From NCBI RefSeq assembly GCF_051201565.1, contig NZ_CP179200.1:810001-842000 (forward strand): 32,000 nt of DNA, read 5' to 3'. Below, piece after piece: positions 1 through 9,613 of the stretch. Positions within the stretch are counted from its first letter, which is position 1, and every line of letters begins with the position of its first letter. This stretch comes from Pseudothioglobus sp. nBUS_23. Lineage in GTDB: Bacteria > Pseudomonadota > Gammaproteobacteria > PS1 > Pseudothioglobaceae. The notes below the pieces were generated by a model. That model was not told where the DNA came from. It did not search any database and saw only the letters and a list, made by a program, of their open reading frames with translations. Both the position numbers and the translations under genes were made by a program.

Positions 1-821
1 TTAACTTCAAGTCTTCTGATGTGAGTAAGGCGAGTCTGGGTTCAATTAAATTATCTAAGAAAGAAGTAAAAGAAATGGTTCCAACAATCGGAAGAACATC
101 TGTATTAGGTTTTTTTGTGGGTGTGCTGCCGGGTGCTGGAGCTACAATCGCTAGTTTCTTGGCTTGGGGTTTTGAGAGAAGTATAGCTTCTGCTAAAGAT
201 AAACTAAAATTTGGTAAAGGCTCGATTAAGGGTTTGGCAGCTCCTGAAACGGCCAATAATGCTGCCTGTACAGGATCTTTTGTACCATTATTAACTTTGG
301 GAATTCCTGGATCTGGAACTACTGCTGTTATGTTAGGAGCATTGCTGTCCTTTGGTGTTCAACCTGGTCCAAGGTTATATGTTGAGCAGCCAGAACTTTT
401 TTGGGCTGTCATTATTTCTATGTATATTGGTAACGTTGTATTATTGGTCTTAAATTTACCGTTAATACCCTATATTGCAAGAATATTAGCAATACCTAAA
501 AACATTCTTGTTCCGCTAGTCTTGTTCTTTTCAGTAACTGGCGTCTATTTGATTTCATTCAATTCGTTTGATATTTACTTCATGGCGATAGTTGCATTAA
601 TTTCATTAGTTTTAAGAGTGTTGAACTATCCAATGCCTCCTCTAATACTTGGATTTATTCTTGGCGGAATGCTTGAAAAGAATTTGAGAAGAGCAGTCCT
701 AATCAATGATGGTTCATTCTCATTCATTTGGGAAAGGCCAATTAGTTTGTCTCTGTTTATTATCGCTATTCTTATTGTCCTGTTACAGGTCTATCAGGGA
801 TTCAAGAAAGAAAAAGAATAG
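1..821 (+). CDS. Tripartite tricarboxylate transporter TctA-family large permease, C-terminal part (5' end lies outside the window)
   Basis: The frame is open from nt 3 to the stop at 821 with no upstream stop, so the GTG at 21 is probably internal. The product is strongly hydrophobic and multi-TM, with a GVLPGAGATIASF motif typical of TctA. Confidence 0.8.
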   Translation, partial: NFKSSDVSKASLGSIKLSKKEVKEMVPTIGRTSVLGFFVGVLPGAGATIASFLAWGFERSIASAKDKLKFGKGSIKGLAAPETANNAACTGSFVPLLTLGIPGSGTTAVMLGALLSFGVQPGPRLYVEQPELFWAVIISMYIGNVVLLVLNLPLIPYIARILAIPKNILVPLVLFFSVTGVYLISFNSFDIYFMAIVALISLVLRVLNYPMPPLILGFILGGMLEKNLRRAVLINDGSFSFIWERPISLSLFIIAILIVLLQVYQGFKKEKE

Positions 822-897
822 AAGTTAATATCTATTTATAAGGCAAGCTAATCCTAGTTTAAAATAGCAATCTTGTTTAAATGATGTTTATCAAATT

Positions 898-1281
898 ATG
901 GCACCTGAATCTGTATTAGAGCAATGGGCTCAATGTTTCAATAATGGAGATTTGGATGGAATTACGAGACTCTATCATATAGATAGCACTCTATTGCCTA
1001 CCTTTAAACCAGTCCTAATGAATTCTAGAGATCAAATATCTGGTTACTTTAGTGCAGCAATTGGCGGTAAGGCCTCAATTGACTTTAATGTCAAAAAATC
1101 CATCAGAACAGAACTCTCGGAAAGTACGTATTTAATGACTGGTAGTTATATTTTTTGTCTACCTAGCAAGGGTGGAGAAGAATATGAATCTTGGTACAGT
1201 TTTGTAATTGACACTGCTAAGGACTCTCCAATTATGCATCACCACTCCTCTAGAGTGCCATTTGATTTTGATTTAACTTAA
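898..1281 (+). CDS. NTF2-like / CaMKII-association-domain-like (SgcJ/EcaC, COG4875-type) small protein
   Basis: 127 aa. The N-terminal W..CFN.GD.D....LY and LLPT...R..I..YF motifs and the C-terminal HHHSS..P resemble the bacterial NTF2-fold family. Function is unknown. Confidence 0.55.
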   Translation: MAPESVLEQWAQCFNNGDLDGITRLYHIDSTLLPTFKPVLMNSRDQISGYFSAAIGGKASIDFNVKKSIRTELSESTYLMTGSYIFCLPSKGGEEYESWYSFVIDTAKDSPIMHHHSSRVPFDFDLT

Positions 1282-1316
1282 CTACCTGATTTTTAAATTC
1301 ATATTTCGATTCAAAT

Positions 1317-1353
1317 TGTAACATTTTGTAACAAATGGATACAGTTTGATACA
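1317..1353 (+). promoter_or_regulatory. Four helically phased heptamers (TGTAACA, TGTAACA, GGATACA, TGATACA), a putative transcription-factor binding array upstream of the sugar ABC operon
   Basis: The heptamers start at 1317, 1327, 1337 and 1347, an exact 10-bp period. They lie 77-113 nt upstream of the likely start at 1430. Confidence 0.4.
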
Positions 1354-1429
1354 ACCCCACTAATAAACTGATTTCAATTCTGCTCAATGGTGTGCAGGAT
1401 GTGATTCATATAATTTAATGGAGAAAAAT

Positions 1430-2680
1430 ATGAAGAATACTAAGTTAACAACGCTAGCTGCGTCAGCGCTACTAGCAACTACAACATCTGTTAGTGCAGC
1501 TGATGTAGAGGTTTTGCACTGGTGGACTAGTGGTGGTGAAGCTGCAAGTGTAAATTATTTAAAAGGCAAACTAAGTGACGCTGGAGTTGGTTGGACTGAC
1601 TTCGCTGTAGCTGGTGGTGGTGGTGAAAACGCTATGACTGTACTTAAGTCAAGAGCTATTTCAGGTAACCCGCCTACAGCAGCACAAATCAAAGGCCCTT
1701 CAATTCAAGAGTGGGGTGATCTAGGATTCTTAGCTGACATTAATGGTGTTGCAGAAAAGAACAACTGGGATGAGTTATTACCAGCAGTTGTTGCTGACGT
1801 AATGAAGCACGAAGGCAAATATGTTGCTGCTCCAGTAAACGTTCACAGAGTAAACTGGATGTGGTCTAACCCAGAAGTTTTTCGTGCTGCAGGCGCGACT
1901 ATCCCAACAACTTGGGACGACTTCATGGTTCAAGCTAAAAAGCTTCAAGATGCTGGTTACGTTGCACTAGCTCACGGTGGTCAGCCATGGCAAGATGCAA
2001 CTGTATTTGAAGCAGTTGTTCTTGGTGTTGGTGGTGCAGACTACTACAACAAGGCTTTCGTAGAGATGGACATGGATGCTCTTAACAGTGACACAACTGT
2101 AGAAGTTTTTGAAACTTTTGGAAACCTACGTCAATTCATTGATGCAAATGCACCAGGACGTGACTGGAACGTTGCGACTTCAATGGTAATTGAAGGTCAA
2201 GCAGGAATGCAAATCATGGGTGACTGGGCTAAAGGTGAATTCAAGGTTGCAGGTAAGAATGTAGGTACTGACTTTGTATGTAGCGCAGCTCCAGGTACTT
2301 CAGGTGCTCACACATTCAACGTTGACTCTTTTGCATTCTTTGCACAAGGCACAACATCTGGAACAGGAGCTCAAAACATTATGGCTGCAGAAATCTTAGG
2401 TACTGATTTCCAAACAGTATTTAACCTTAATAAAGGTTCAATTCCTGCACGTTTAGGTGTTTCGAGAGATGAGTTTGATACATGTGCTCATGACTCTATG
2501 GACGCATTTGTTGCATCTTCAGCAAGTGGTTCATTAGTTCCAAGCTTTGCTCACGGTATGGCATTACCTTCAGCGGTAGCTGGAGCGGTTGTTGATTCAG
2601 CTACTAACTTCTTTAACTCTGACCAGAGTGCAGAAGAAGGTGCTGCTCAGCTAGTTGCTTCTATGGCAGCTGCGATGTAA
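1430..2680 (+). CDS. gtsA: Sugar (glucose/mannose-type) ABC transporter periplasmic substrate-binding protein
   Basis: HWWTSGGE and AGGGGENAMTVLKSRAISGNPP..AQIKGP..QEWG closely match Pseudomonas GtsA-type binding proteins. A signal peptide MKNTKLTTLAASALLATTTSVSA/AD is present. The ATG at 1430 follows GGAG (1420-1423); the ORF track's 1418 is an alternative start. Confidence 0.9.
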   Translation: MKNTKLTTLAASALLATTTSVSAADVEVLHWWTSGGEAASVNYLKGKLSDAGVGWTDFAVAGGGGENAMTVLKSRAISGNPPTAAQIKGPSIQEWGDLGFLADINGVAEKNNWDELLPAVVADVMKHEGKYVAAPVNVHRVNWMWSNPEVFRAAGATIPTTWDDFMVQAKKLQDAGYVALAHGGQPWQDATVFEAVVLGVGGADYYNKAFVEMDMDALNSDTTVEVFETFGNLRQFIDANAPGRDWNVATSMVIEGQAGMQIMGDWAKGEFKVAGKNVGTDFVCSAAPGTSGAHTFNVDSFAFFAQGTTSGTGAQNIMAAEILGTDFQTVFNLNKGSIPARLGVSRDEFDTCAHDSMDAFVASSASGSLVPSFAHGMALPSAVAGAVVDSATNFFNSDQSAEEGAAQLVASMAAAM

Positions 2681-2742
2681 GAGTAAATCAGTGTTAAGGG
2701 CTTTACCTTGTCTCCTTTAGTGTAAGGCTCTTCAATGCTATC

Positions 2743-2772
2743 AGGGCGCTTAAATTAAGCGCCCTAATTTTA
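2743..2772 (+). terminator. GC-rich hairpin plus T-rich tail between the binding-protein and permease genes (partial terminator or attenuator)
   Basis: AGGGCGCTTAA-AT-TTAAGCGCCCT is a near-perfect inverted repeat followed by AATTTTAT. This placement is typical of ABC operons that over-express the binding protein. Confidence 0.6.
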
Positions 2773-2799
2773 TAAATTCATAATAAAATCAGAATTACT

Positions 2800-3669
2800 G
2801 TGCTAAATTTTTTAGAAAAGAACTTGCCAAAAATCGTCTTGGCACCAACTGCAGTCGCGATGGTTGTTTGTATGTATGGTTTTATAGTCTGGACCGGACT
2901 GCTCTCATTGACAAAAAGTCGAATGATGCCTCAATGGGATTTTGTTGGATTGGATCAATACTCAAGGCTTTTTAGTAACCCAAGATGGGATGTTGCAGTT
3001 GATAATCTCTTTGTTTTCCTTATTTTATTTATTGTTATTGCCTTAGTTCTAGGTCTATTGTTAGCTATATTTCTAGATCAAAAAATTAGAGTTGAAGGCG
3101 CAATAAGAACTATTTATTTATACCCCATGGCGATTTCCTTTATTGTTACAGGAACCGCATGGAAATGGATTCTAAACCCTGGGCTAGGTATTGAAAAACT
3201 GATGAATGATTGGGGTTTTTCTGGTTTTGAATTTAGGTGGCTTGTTGAACAAGATATGGCCATCTATTGTATTGTGATTGCTGCAATTTGGCAGTCAAGT
3301 GGTTTTGTGATGGCGCTTTTTTTAGCAGGTCTCAGGGGTGTTGATGAGAATCTCACGAAGGCTGCAAAAATGGATGGTGCCTCTACAGTACGTCTTTATT
3401 GGCATATTATTTTGCCGCTGATGAGACCAGTATTTTTTAGTGCTATTGTTATTCTCACTCACATAGCCATTAAAAGCTTTGACCTTGTGCAGGCATTAAC
3501 TGGAGGAGGTCCAGGATATGCTTCTGATTTGCCAGCAAACTTTATGTATACCTATACCTTTAATAGATCTCAAATTGGTATTGGTGCCGCCAGCGCGATG
3601 ATTATGCTTTTTGGAGTATTAGCTGTACTCATACCTTATCTCTACTCAGAATTACGTGAGAAAGAATAA
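2800..3669 (+). CDS. gtsB: Sugar ABC transporter permease (MalF/GtsB-like)
   Basis: 289 aa and multi-TM. EAA-loop motif AAKMDGASTVRLYWHIILP. GTG start. Confidence 0.9.
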   Translation: MLNFLEKNLPKIVLAPTAVAMVVCMYGFIVWTGLLSLTKSRMMPQWDFVGLDQYSRLFSNPRWDVAVDNLFVFLILFIVIALVLGLLLAIFLDQKIRVEGAIRTIYLYPMAISFIVTGTAWKWILNPGLGIEKLMNDWGFSGFEFRWLVEQDMAIYCIVIAAIWQSSGFVMALFLAGLRGVDENLTKAAKMDGASTVRLYWHIILPLMRPVFFSAIVILTHIAIKSFDLVQALTGGGPGYASDLPANFMYTYTFNRSQIGIGAASAMIMLFGVLAVLIPYLYSELREKE

Positions 3670-4538
3670 TGAATAAATTTAATTTAACGAATATAAACTT
3701 TGGCAGAGCAATTATTTACTTTATATTGTTTTTATTTGCCTTTATCTACTTAGCTCCTCTCTATGTGATGTTTACAACCTCACTTAAGGATATTGAAGAG
3801 ATTCGAAGTGGCAACTTGATGGCGCTTCCATTGGATCCAACGCTTTATGCATGGAAAAAGGCTTGGGCAACTGCTTGCACGGGAAGCGAGTGTAAAGGCC
3901 TTGCTCCATATTTTTGGAACAGTGTGCGAATTGTATTTCCTGCAGTCATAATTTCTACTATTTTGGGAGCATTCAATGGATATGCCCTCGCTAAATGGAA
4001 GTTTAAGGGCAGCGAATTCTTATTTGGCGCACTGTTGTTTGGGTGTTTTATACCTTTCCAGGTAATTCTTCTACCAATGGCTAAACTACTCGGCAGCTTA
4101 GGCCTTGCAAATACTGTAACTGGTCTAGTATTAGTTCACGTTATCTATGGAATAGCTTTTACTACACTCTTTTTTAGAAATTATTATGTAGGTATACCGA
4201 CTGAACTAGTGAAAGCTGCAAAACTAGATGGAGCAAGTTTTCTAAAGATATTCCGCCACATTTTTATCCCTTTATCAACTCCAATCTTTGTAGTCACAAT
4301 CATTTGGCAATTTACTCAGATCTGGAATGATTTTTTATTCGGTGTTGTTTACTCAGGGTCAGGAACACAGCCGATTACAGTTGCACTCAACAACCTTGTA
4401 AATACTTCGGTTGGTGGTAAAGAATACAATGTTGACATGGCAGCAGCAATTATTGCCGCTCTTCCAACTTTAGTGGTTTATGTTATTGCAGGTAAATACT
4501 TTGTTAGGGGATTAACTGCAGGAGCTGTTAAAGGATAA
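3669..4538 (+). CDS. gtsC: Sugar ABC transporter permease (MalG/GtsC-like)
   Basis: 289 aa and multi-TM. EAA-loop motif AAKLDGASFLKIFRHIFIP. The start overlaps the upstream stop (TAATG). Confidence 0.9.
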   Translation: MNKFNLTNINFGRAIIYFILFLFAFIYLAPLYVMFTTSLKDIEEIRSGNLMALPLDPTLYAWKKAWATACTGSECKGLAPYFWNSVRIVFPAVIISTILGAFNGYALAKWKFKGSEFLFGALLFGCFIPFQVILLPMAKLLGSLGLANTVTGLVLVHVIYGIAFTTLFFRNYYVGIPTELVKAAKLDGASFLKIFRHIFIPLSTPIFVVTIIWQFTQIWNDFLFGVVYSGSGTQPITVALNNLVNTSVGGKEYNVDMAAAIIAALPTLVVYVIAGKYFVRGLTAGAVKG

Positions 4539-4594
4539 ATATCAATATCAATATCAAATACTATTTAAATAAATTAAAGAATAAAGGATAAAAA

Positions 4595-5692
4595 ATGGGA
4601 AGCATCAGTCTTAACGGTATTAATAAATCATTTGGCACAACCGAGGTGTTAAAAGATATCAATTTAGATATTAAAGATGGCGAATTTTTAATACTTATTG
4701 GTCCATCAGGTTGCGGTAAATCAACTCTAATGAACTTGATTGCGGGTCTTGAAGATTTGACTGGTGGCGAAATTGTTATCGATGGCAAGGATGTCTCTGA
4801 AGAGTCACCAAAAGACAGAGATATCGCGATGGTATTTCAATCTTATGCTTTGTATCCAACCATGAATGTAGCAAGAAATATTTGCTTTGGATTAGAAATG
4901 AACAAGATGCCAAAAAATGAGCAAGAAGTGATTCTGAAAAAAGTTGCCTCTTTGTTGCAGATTGACCATTTATTAGATAGAAAGCCCGGTCAACTCTCTG
5001 GAGGTCAGAGACAGAGGGTTGCTATGGGAAGGGCTTTGGCTCGATCTCCAAAGGTTTTTCTTTTTGATGAGCCACTATCTAACTTAGATGCAAAGTTAAG
5101 AGTTGAAATGCGTACAGAGATTAAAAAATTGCATCAAAGAATTGGCACAACTATAGTGTATGTAACTCATGATCAAATTGAAGCAATGACTCTGGCAGAT
5201 AGAATTGCCGTTCTTAAGGATGGTGAATTACAACAAGTTGGCACGCCTTACGAAATTTATAACGATCCAGTGAGTCATTTTGTGGCTGATTTTATGGGCT
5301 CACCGGGTATGAATTTTATTGAATGTATCGTTAAGGATGAAAATTTAATCATTGAGAGTGGTGGTCAAAAATACGAGCTCTCAATCCCATGTAAAGATGC
5401 AATTAAAAATTCAAAATTGGATGTTGTTCTACTTGGAATTAGGCCAGAAATGCTCACTGAAATTGAGCCATCTGTAGAAAAAAACTCTTTCATTCATCAA
5501 ATCAAATTTGATGTAGACGTATTGGAACCAATGGGTGCTGATACCGTTGCAATAGGTAAATGGAATGACAATGAAGTGATGGCGAGACTGAGTCCAGAAG
5601 CCGGAAATACTGCTGGAAAAGGTTTTGATTTGCAGGTCGATACCAGTAAAGCAATTTTATTTGATCCTAATTCAGGTTTAAGAATTAGATAA
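4595..5692 (+). CDS. gtsD: Sugar ABC transporter ATP-binding protein (MalK/UgpC/GtsD-like)
   Basis: Walker A GPSGCGKST, signature LSGGQRQR and Walker B FLFDEPLS, plus a C-terminal MalK-type regulatory/TOBE region. AGGA ribosome-binding site upstream. Confidence 0.92.
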   Translation: MGSISLNGINKSFGTTEVLKDINLDIKDGEFLILIGPSGCGKSTLMNLIAGLEDLTGGEIVIDGKDVSEESPKDRDIAMVFQSYALYPTMNVARNICFGLEMNKMPKNEQEVILKKVASLLQIDHLLDRKPGQLSGGQRQRVAMGRALARSPKVFLFDEPLSNLDAKLRVEMRTEIKKLHQRIGTTIVYVTHDQIEAMTLADRIAVLKDGELQQVGTPYEIYNDPVSHFVADFMGSPGMNFIECIVKDENLIIESGGQKYELSIPCKDAIKNSKLDVVLLGIRPEMLTEIEPSVEKNSFIHQIKFDVDVLEPMGADTVAIGKWNDNEVMARLSPEAGNTAGKGFDLQVDTSKAILFDPNSGLRIR

Positions 5693-5711
5693 ATATTGAT
5701 ACAATGCCAGT

Positions 5712-6572
5712 ATGAGCGAAGCTTTTACTAAATCTGGCACTTCAATTCCCTTCATTGGTCTTGGAACATGGGACATGCAGGGCTCAACCTGCAGCAGCAT
5801 TGTTCAAGAAGCTCTTGAGATGGGTTATCGTCACATTGATGGTGCATCAATGTATGAGAATGAATCTGAAGTAGGCAAGGGTTTATCTGACTCAGGAGTT
5901 GATAGAGAAGAGATTTTTATTACTACAAAAATCAATACCACAAGCTGGACTCCATCAAGGGGGAATGGGCCGCCATTACAAAACAAAGATATAGTTAAAC
6001 ACTTTGAAAAAAGTCTTAAAGATTTACAGACTGACTATGTAGATTTACTTTTAATACATTGGCCTAAGTTTGAGACTAACTTAAGTGATATGCTAGAAAT
6101 TTTGTACAAACTTAAAGACGCTAAGAAAATAAGAGAGGTGGGTGTTGCAAATTTTAATAGCCATCTTGTCAATGAATGCATTTCACTAGGCTTTAAGGAT
6201 ATTTATTGTGATCAGGTTGAGTACCATCCATTTTTATCTCAGGCTAAGTTGTTAGAGGTCATGCAGGATTTTGAGATCATTCCAGTAGCCTATTGTCCAA
6301 TATGCCGAGGTGATGTTGCAAGACATGATGTCATTCTATCACTTTCTGAGAAGTACTCAAAAACGCCTGCGCAAATAGCATTAAGGTGGCTATATCAGCA
6401 AAAAGTTGTATCTATTCCTAAAACTGAAAATTCCTATAGACTTAGAGAGAATATTGATATTTTTGATTTTGAGATCGAGTACAAAGATATGCTTGAAATT
6501 TATAGTCTTGAGAGGAATCAAAGACTAGTGCCTAACCTTGAAATTAATGAGCTAGAGTATCCTTTTGATTAG
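5712..6572 (+). CDS. Aldo/keto reductase (2,5-diketo-D-gluconate reductase-like)
   Basis: 286 aa. AKR tetrad context: HIDGASMYENE (Asp/Tyr), TTKI (Lys), LIHWP (His). It starts 19 nt after the ATPase gene. Confidence 0.85.
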   Translation: MSEAFTKSGTSIPFIGLGTWDMQGSTCSSIVQEALEMGYRHIDGASMYENESEVGKGLSDSGVDREEIFITTKINTTSWTPSRGNGPPLQNKDIVKHFEKSLKDLQTDYVDLLLIHWPKFETNLSDMLEILYKLKDAKKIREVGVANFNSHLVNECISLGFKDIYCDQVEYHPFLSQAKLLEVMQDFEIIPVAYCPICRGDVARHDVILSLSEKYSKTPAQIALRWLYQQKVVSIPKTENSYRLRENIDIFDFEIEYKDMLEIYSLERNQRLVPNLEINELEYPFD

Positions 6573-6588
6573 ACCAGGCTTAATTTTT

Positions 6589-6617
6589 TGCAACACACTT
6601 TGCAACACTTTGACACA
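6589..6617 (+). promoter_or_regulatory. Three direct heptamers (TGCAACA, TGCAACA, TGACACA), a putative binding array upstream of gnd
   Basis: The heptamers start at 6589, 6601 and 6611, lying 74-102 nt upstream of the gnd ATG. The core TGNAACA and the placement match the array at 1317-1353. Confidence 0.35.
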
Positions 6618-6690
6618 ATATCAAAAAATCTTTAGTTTAAACTTTACTTCGTTTTTAGGTTTTATATTGACAATATTGTTGTTGTGAACT

Positions 6691-8121
6691 ATGAATAATA
6701 TCAATGCAGATATTGGCCTTATAGGCCTTGGAGTAATGGGGTCGAGTCTGGCTTTAAATATGGAGAGTAATGGATACACTGTGGCTGTCCATAACCGCAC
6801 CTCTCCGCAAATTAATAATATTGTTAATAATAGAGCAAAATACAATAAGATTATTGGATTTGAGAGTCTTGATGATTTTGTTAATTCAATCAAAACGCCT
6901 CGCAAAATTATGCTTATGGTTGTTGCAGGCTCAGTTGTAGATGACTACATTCAAAAACTGATTCCGCTCCTAAATCAGGGTGACATCATTATTGATGGTG
7001 GAAACTCTCATTACCCAGACACATCAAGAAGAACTGAGGAATTAGAATCTAAAGGAATACAGTTTGTTGGCGCAGGTGTCTCTGGTGGGGAAGAAGGAGC
7101 ATTAAAGGGCCCATCTATTATGCCAGGAGGCTCGGCTTCTGCTTGGCCAGAAGTCAAGGAAATCTTTCAAAACATATCTGCCAAAGTTGGTGATAACGAG
7201 CCATGCTGTGACTGGATAGGGGAAGGAGGCTCTGGGCACTTCGTTAAGATGGTTCATAACGGCATCGAGTACGGTGATATGCAGCTCATTTGTGAAGCCT
7301 ATGAAATCATGAAAGACGTTTTGGGCATGACGAATGATGAAATGCACGAAGTCTTCAAAGAATGGAATAAGGGCGAGCTCAACAGCTATCTCATCGAAAT
7401 TACGGCCGACATCCTTAAATTTAAAGAGAAGGATGGGAGCTATTTAATAGACAATATTCTTGATACTGCTGGAGAAAAGGGGACCGGTAAGTGGACCGCT
7501 GCCGTAGCTCTGGAGCTTGGCGCTCCACTCACACTAATTGGTGAGGCCGTCTTTGCCAGGTATCTTTCATCAAGAAAAGATGAGAGAGTGGAGGCATCAG
7601 CCATGTTTGATGGCCCACCCATTAAGTTTGATGGAGACAGAGAGCAAACCCTTAAAGACATCCATGACGCACTTTATGCCTCGAAAATGGTATCTTATGC
7701 TCAAGGGTATACCCTTCTATCAAGGGCTGCTAAAGAGTTTGACTGGAACCTTAATTATGGCGCAATTGCTCTCATGTGGAGAGGTGGCTGTATTATCAGG
7801 TCAGTCTTCCTATCAAAGATAAAGGATGCTTATGACAGAAATCCAGACATTAAAAATTTACTCTTAGATCCCTTTTTCAAGGACAAGATTAATAAATCGC
7901 AAGAGGGATGGAGAAGAGTGGTGTCTATTGCCATTTCAAATGGAATATCGATCCCAGCTATGACCTCTTCCCTTTCCTACTTTGATGGCTACAGGAACGC
8001 TCGCTTACCAGCAAACCTACTTCAGGCTCAGAGAGATTACTTTGGTGCGCACACTTACGAGAGAGTTGATGGAAAAAGAGGGGAGTTTTTCCATAACGAA
8101 TGGATTCAGGATAAGGATTAG
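6691..8121 (+). CDS. gnd: 6-phosphogluconate dehydrogenase, decarboxylating
   Basis: 476 aa. N-terminal IGLIGLGVMGSSLALN Rossmann motif and full-length similarity to Gnd (e.g. GHFVKMVHNGIEYGDMQLI). Confidence 0.95.
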   Translation: MNNINADIGLIGLGVMGSSLALNMESNGYTVAVHNRTSPQINNIVNNRAKYNKIIGFESLDDFVNSIKTPRKIMLMVVAGSVVDDYIQKLIPLLNQGDIIIDGGNSHYPDTSRRTEELESKGIQFVGAGVSGGEEGALKGPSIMPGGSASAWPEVKEIFQNISAKVGDNEPCCDWIGEGGSGHFVKMVHNGIEYGDMQLICEAYEIMKDVLGMTNDEMHEVFKEWNKGELNSYLIEITADILKFKEKDGSYLIDNILDTAGEKGTGKWTAAVALELGAPLTLIGEAVFARYLSSRKDERVEASAMFDGPPIKFDGDREQTLKDIHDALYASKMVSYAQGYTLLSRAAKEFDWNLNYGAIALMWRGGCIIRSVFLSKIKDAYDRNPDIKNLLLDPFFKDKINKSQEGWRRVVSIAISNGISIPAMTSSLSYFDGYRNARLPANLLQAQRDYFGAHTYERVDGKRGEFFHNEWIQDKD

Positions 8122-8140
8122 AATATAGGAGCATACTGAC

Positions 8141-9613
8141 TTGTCTGAATCATTAAAAAAAATTGACAGCTTTGTTCTCTTTGGAGCCCTAGGGGACCTT
8201 TCAATTCGTAAGCTTATTCCAGCTTGGTATTACCTCGAAAGAGATAATATGCTGAGCGATTCCTTGCAAATTTTAGGTGTTGGAAGAAAGGATATTTCAG
8301 ATACAGATATAAAAGACGAAGTCAAAAAAGCACTTAATGAATTTGTGTCTCCTGAATACTTAAATCCATTAGCGGTTTCTCGATTAGTAGAGCGCTTCAG
8401 CTATTGCAGATGTGATTTATCAAAAAACGAAAGCTATAAAGACCTCAGCCAAAAGCTCAGTGATTGGGCAAAGCCTGCGGCTTATTATTTAGCTATTTCA
8501 CCCGGCCTTTTTGAAATGGTCTGTGACGGTCTCAAAGACTCAAATTTGATTACTCCTGATTGCAGAATTGTTGTTGAAAAACCCATTGGCTATGATTTGG
8601 AGACCTCTAATGAGATTAATGAAAAACTCACGAGGCATTTTGATGAGTCGCAGATCTATCGTATTGATCATTACTTAGGAAAGGAAACAGTTCAAAACTT
8701 AATTACTCTTAGGTTTGCAAACTCACTGTTTTCAAGTCAGTGGAATAGTAAGGGAATCGAGTACGTTGAGATAACGGCGGCAGAGTCAGTTGGTATTGAA
8801 GACCGATGGGGTTATTTCGATGGAATGGGACAGCTCAGAGACATGGTGCAAAGTCATCTTCTACAGCTATTGTGCCTGATCGCGATGGAGCCGCCCAACA
8901 GGCTCGATGACCAGAGTATCCGATCAGAAAAGGTAAAGGTCTTGGAAGCATTAAAATCGCTTGATCAAGACAGTATCTCGTCCAACTTCGTTGCAGCGCA
9001 ATATACTGACGGCGAAATTGATGGGGTTAAGGCGCCAGGTTATATTTATGAAGATGGCTCAAATCAAGACAGCAATACCGAGACTTTTGTTGCCCTCAAA
9101 GCTGAAATTCAAAACTGGCGATGGCTGGGAGTTCCTTTCTACCTTAGAACCGGGAAAAGGATGGCCTCAAAGACAACGCAGATTGTAGTTCACTTTAAGT
9201 CTGATGGCCACTATATTTTTAATGAGAACAAAGAGAGCCTTAAAGGCAATACTTTGATTATTAGCCTTCATCCGACTGAGGGCATATCGCTCCAGGTCTT
9301 TACGAAACCTCATGGCGTCGATAAGCACTCAACCGTGCGCTTAGATCCTATGAGCTTAGATTTTATTAAAACACAAAAGCTCCTTAATATACCGAGCGGA
9401 TATCAAAGTTTGCTGATGGATATTCTCAATGGCAATCAGAGCCTATTTCTTTGTAGAGAAGAGGTCGAATTGGCATGGAAATGGTGCGATGAGACCTTGG
9501 ATGCTGCTAGCAAATCAAATCAGGAGCTTTACTATTACAGTTCTGGAAGTAACGGTCCAGATAAGAGCGAAGAGCTCATTTCAAGAAACGGTCATATCTG
9601 GTATGAGGAGTAG
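8141..9613 (+). CDS. zwf: Glucose-6-phosphate 1-dehydrogenase
   Basis: 490 aa. FGALGDLSIRKL dinucleotide motif and RIDHYLGKE active-site signature. TTG start 9 nt after AGGAG. Confidence 0.95.
   Translation: MSESLKKIDSFVLFGALGDLSIRKLIPAWYYLERDNMLSDSLQILGVGRKDISDTDIKDEVKKALNEFVSPEYLNPLAVSRLVERFSYCRCDLSKNESYKDLSQKLSDWAKPAAYYLAISPGLFEMVCDGLKDSNLITPDCRIVVEKPIGYDLETSNEINEKLTRHFDESQIYRIDHYLGKETVQNLITLRFANSLFSSQWNSKGIEYVEITAAESVGIEDRWGYFDGMGQLRDMVQSHLLQLLCLIAMEPPNRLDDQSIRSEKVKVLEALKSLDQDSISSNFVAAQYTDGEIDGVKAPGYIYEDGSNQDSNTETFVALKAEIQNWRWLGVPFYLRTGKRMASKTTQIVVHFKSDGHYIFNENKESLKGNTLIISLHPTEGISLQVFTKPHGVDKHSTVRLDPMSLDFIKTQKLLNIPSGYQSLLMDILNGNQSLFLCREEVELAWKWCDETLDAASKSNQELYYYSSGSNGPDKSEELISRNGHIWYEE

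Noticed and set aside
4538-4555. An AATATC x3 tandem hexamer between gtsC and gtsD
   Set aside because: It has only three units in AT-rich spacer DNA, with no associated structure or coding consequence. It is probably fortuitous.
4561-4788. A 75-aa minus-strand ORF
   Set aside because: It is antisense to the Walker A region of the ABC ATPase gene. It is a shadow ORF with no recognisable domain.
6621-6905. A 94-aa minus-strand ORF across the gnd start
   Set aside because: It is antisense to the conserved gnd N-terminus, has low-complexity hydrophobic content, and has no start context.
7102-7822. Three ORFs (7102-7347 minus, 7440-7661 minus, 7538-7822 plus) inside gnd
   Set aside because: They are alternate-frame or antisense shadows of a highly conserved gene. 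None has a recognisable motif.
8961-9188. A 75-aa plus-strand ORF inside zwf
   Set aside because: It is an out-of-frame overlap with conserved zwf coding sequence.
9429-9602. A long N-terminal extension of the pgl ORF (ORF-track start 9429) overlapping the zwf 3' end by 185 nt
   Set aside because: The extension has no lactonase homology and lies in an alternate frame of well-conserved zwf coding sequence. The ATG at 9603, overlapping the zwf stop, gives a normal-length Pgl.
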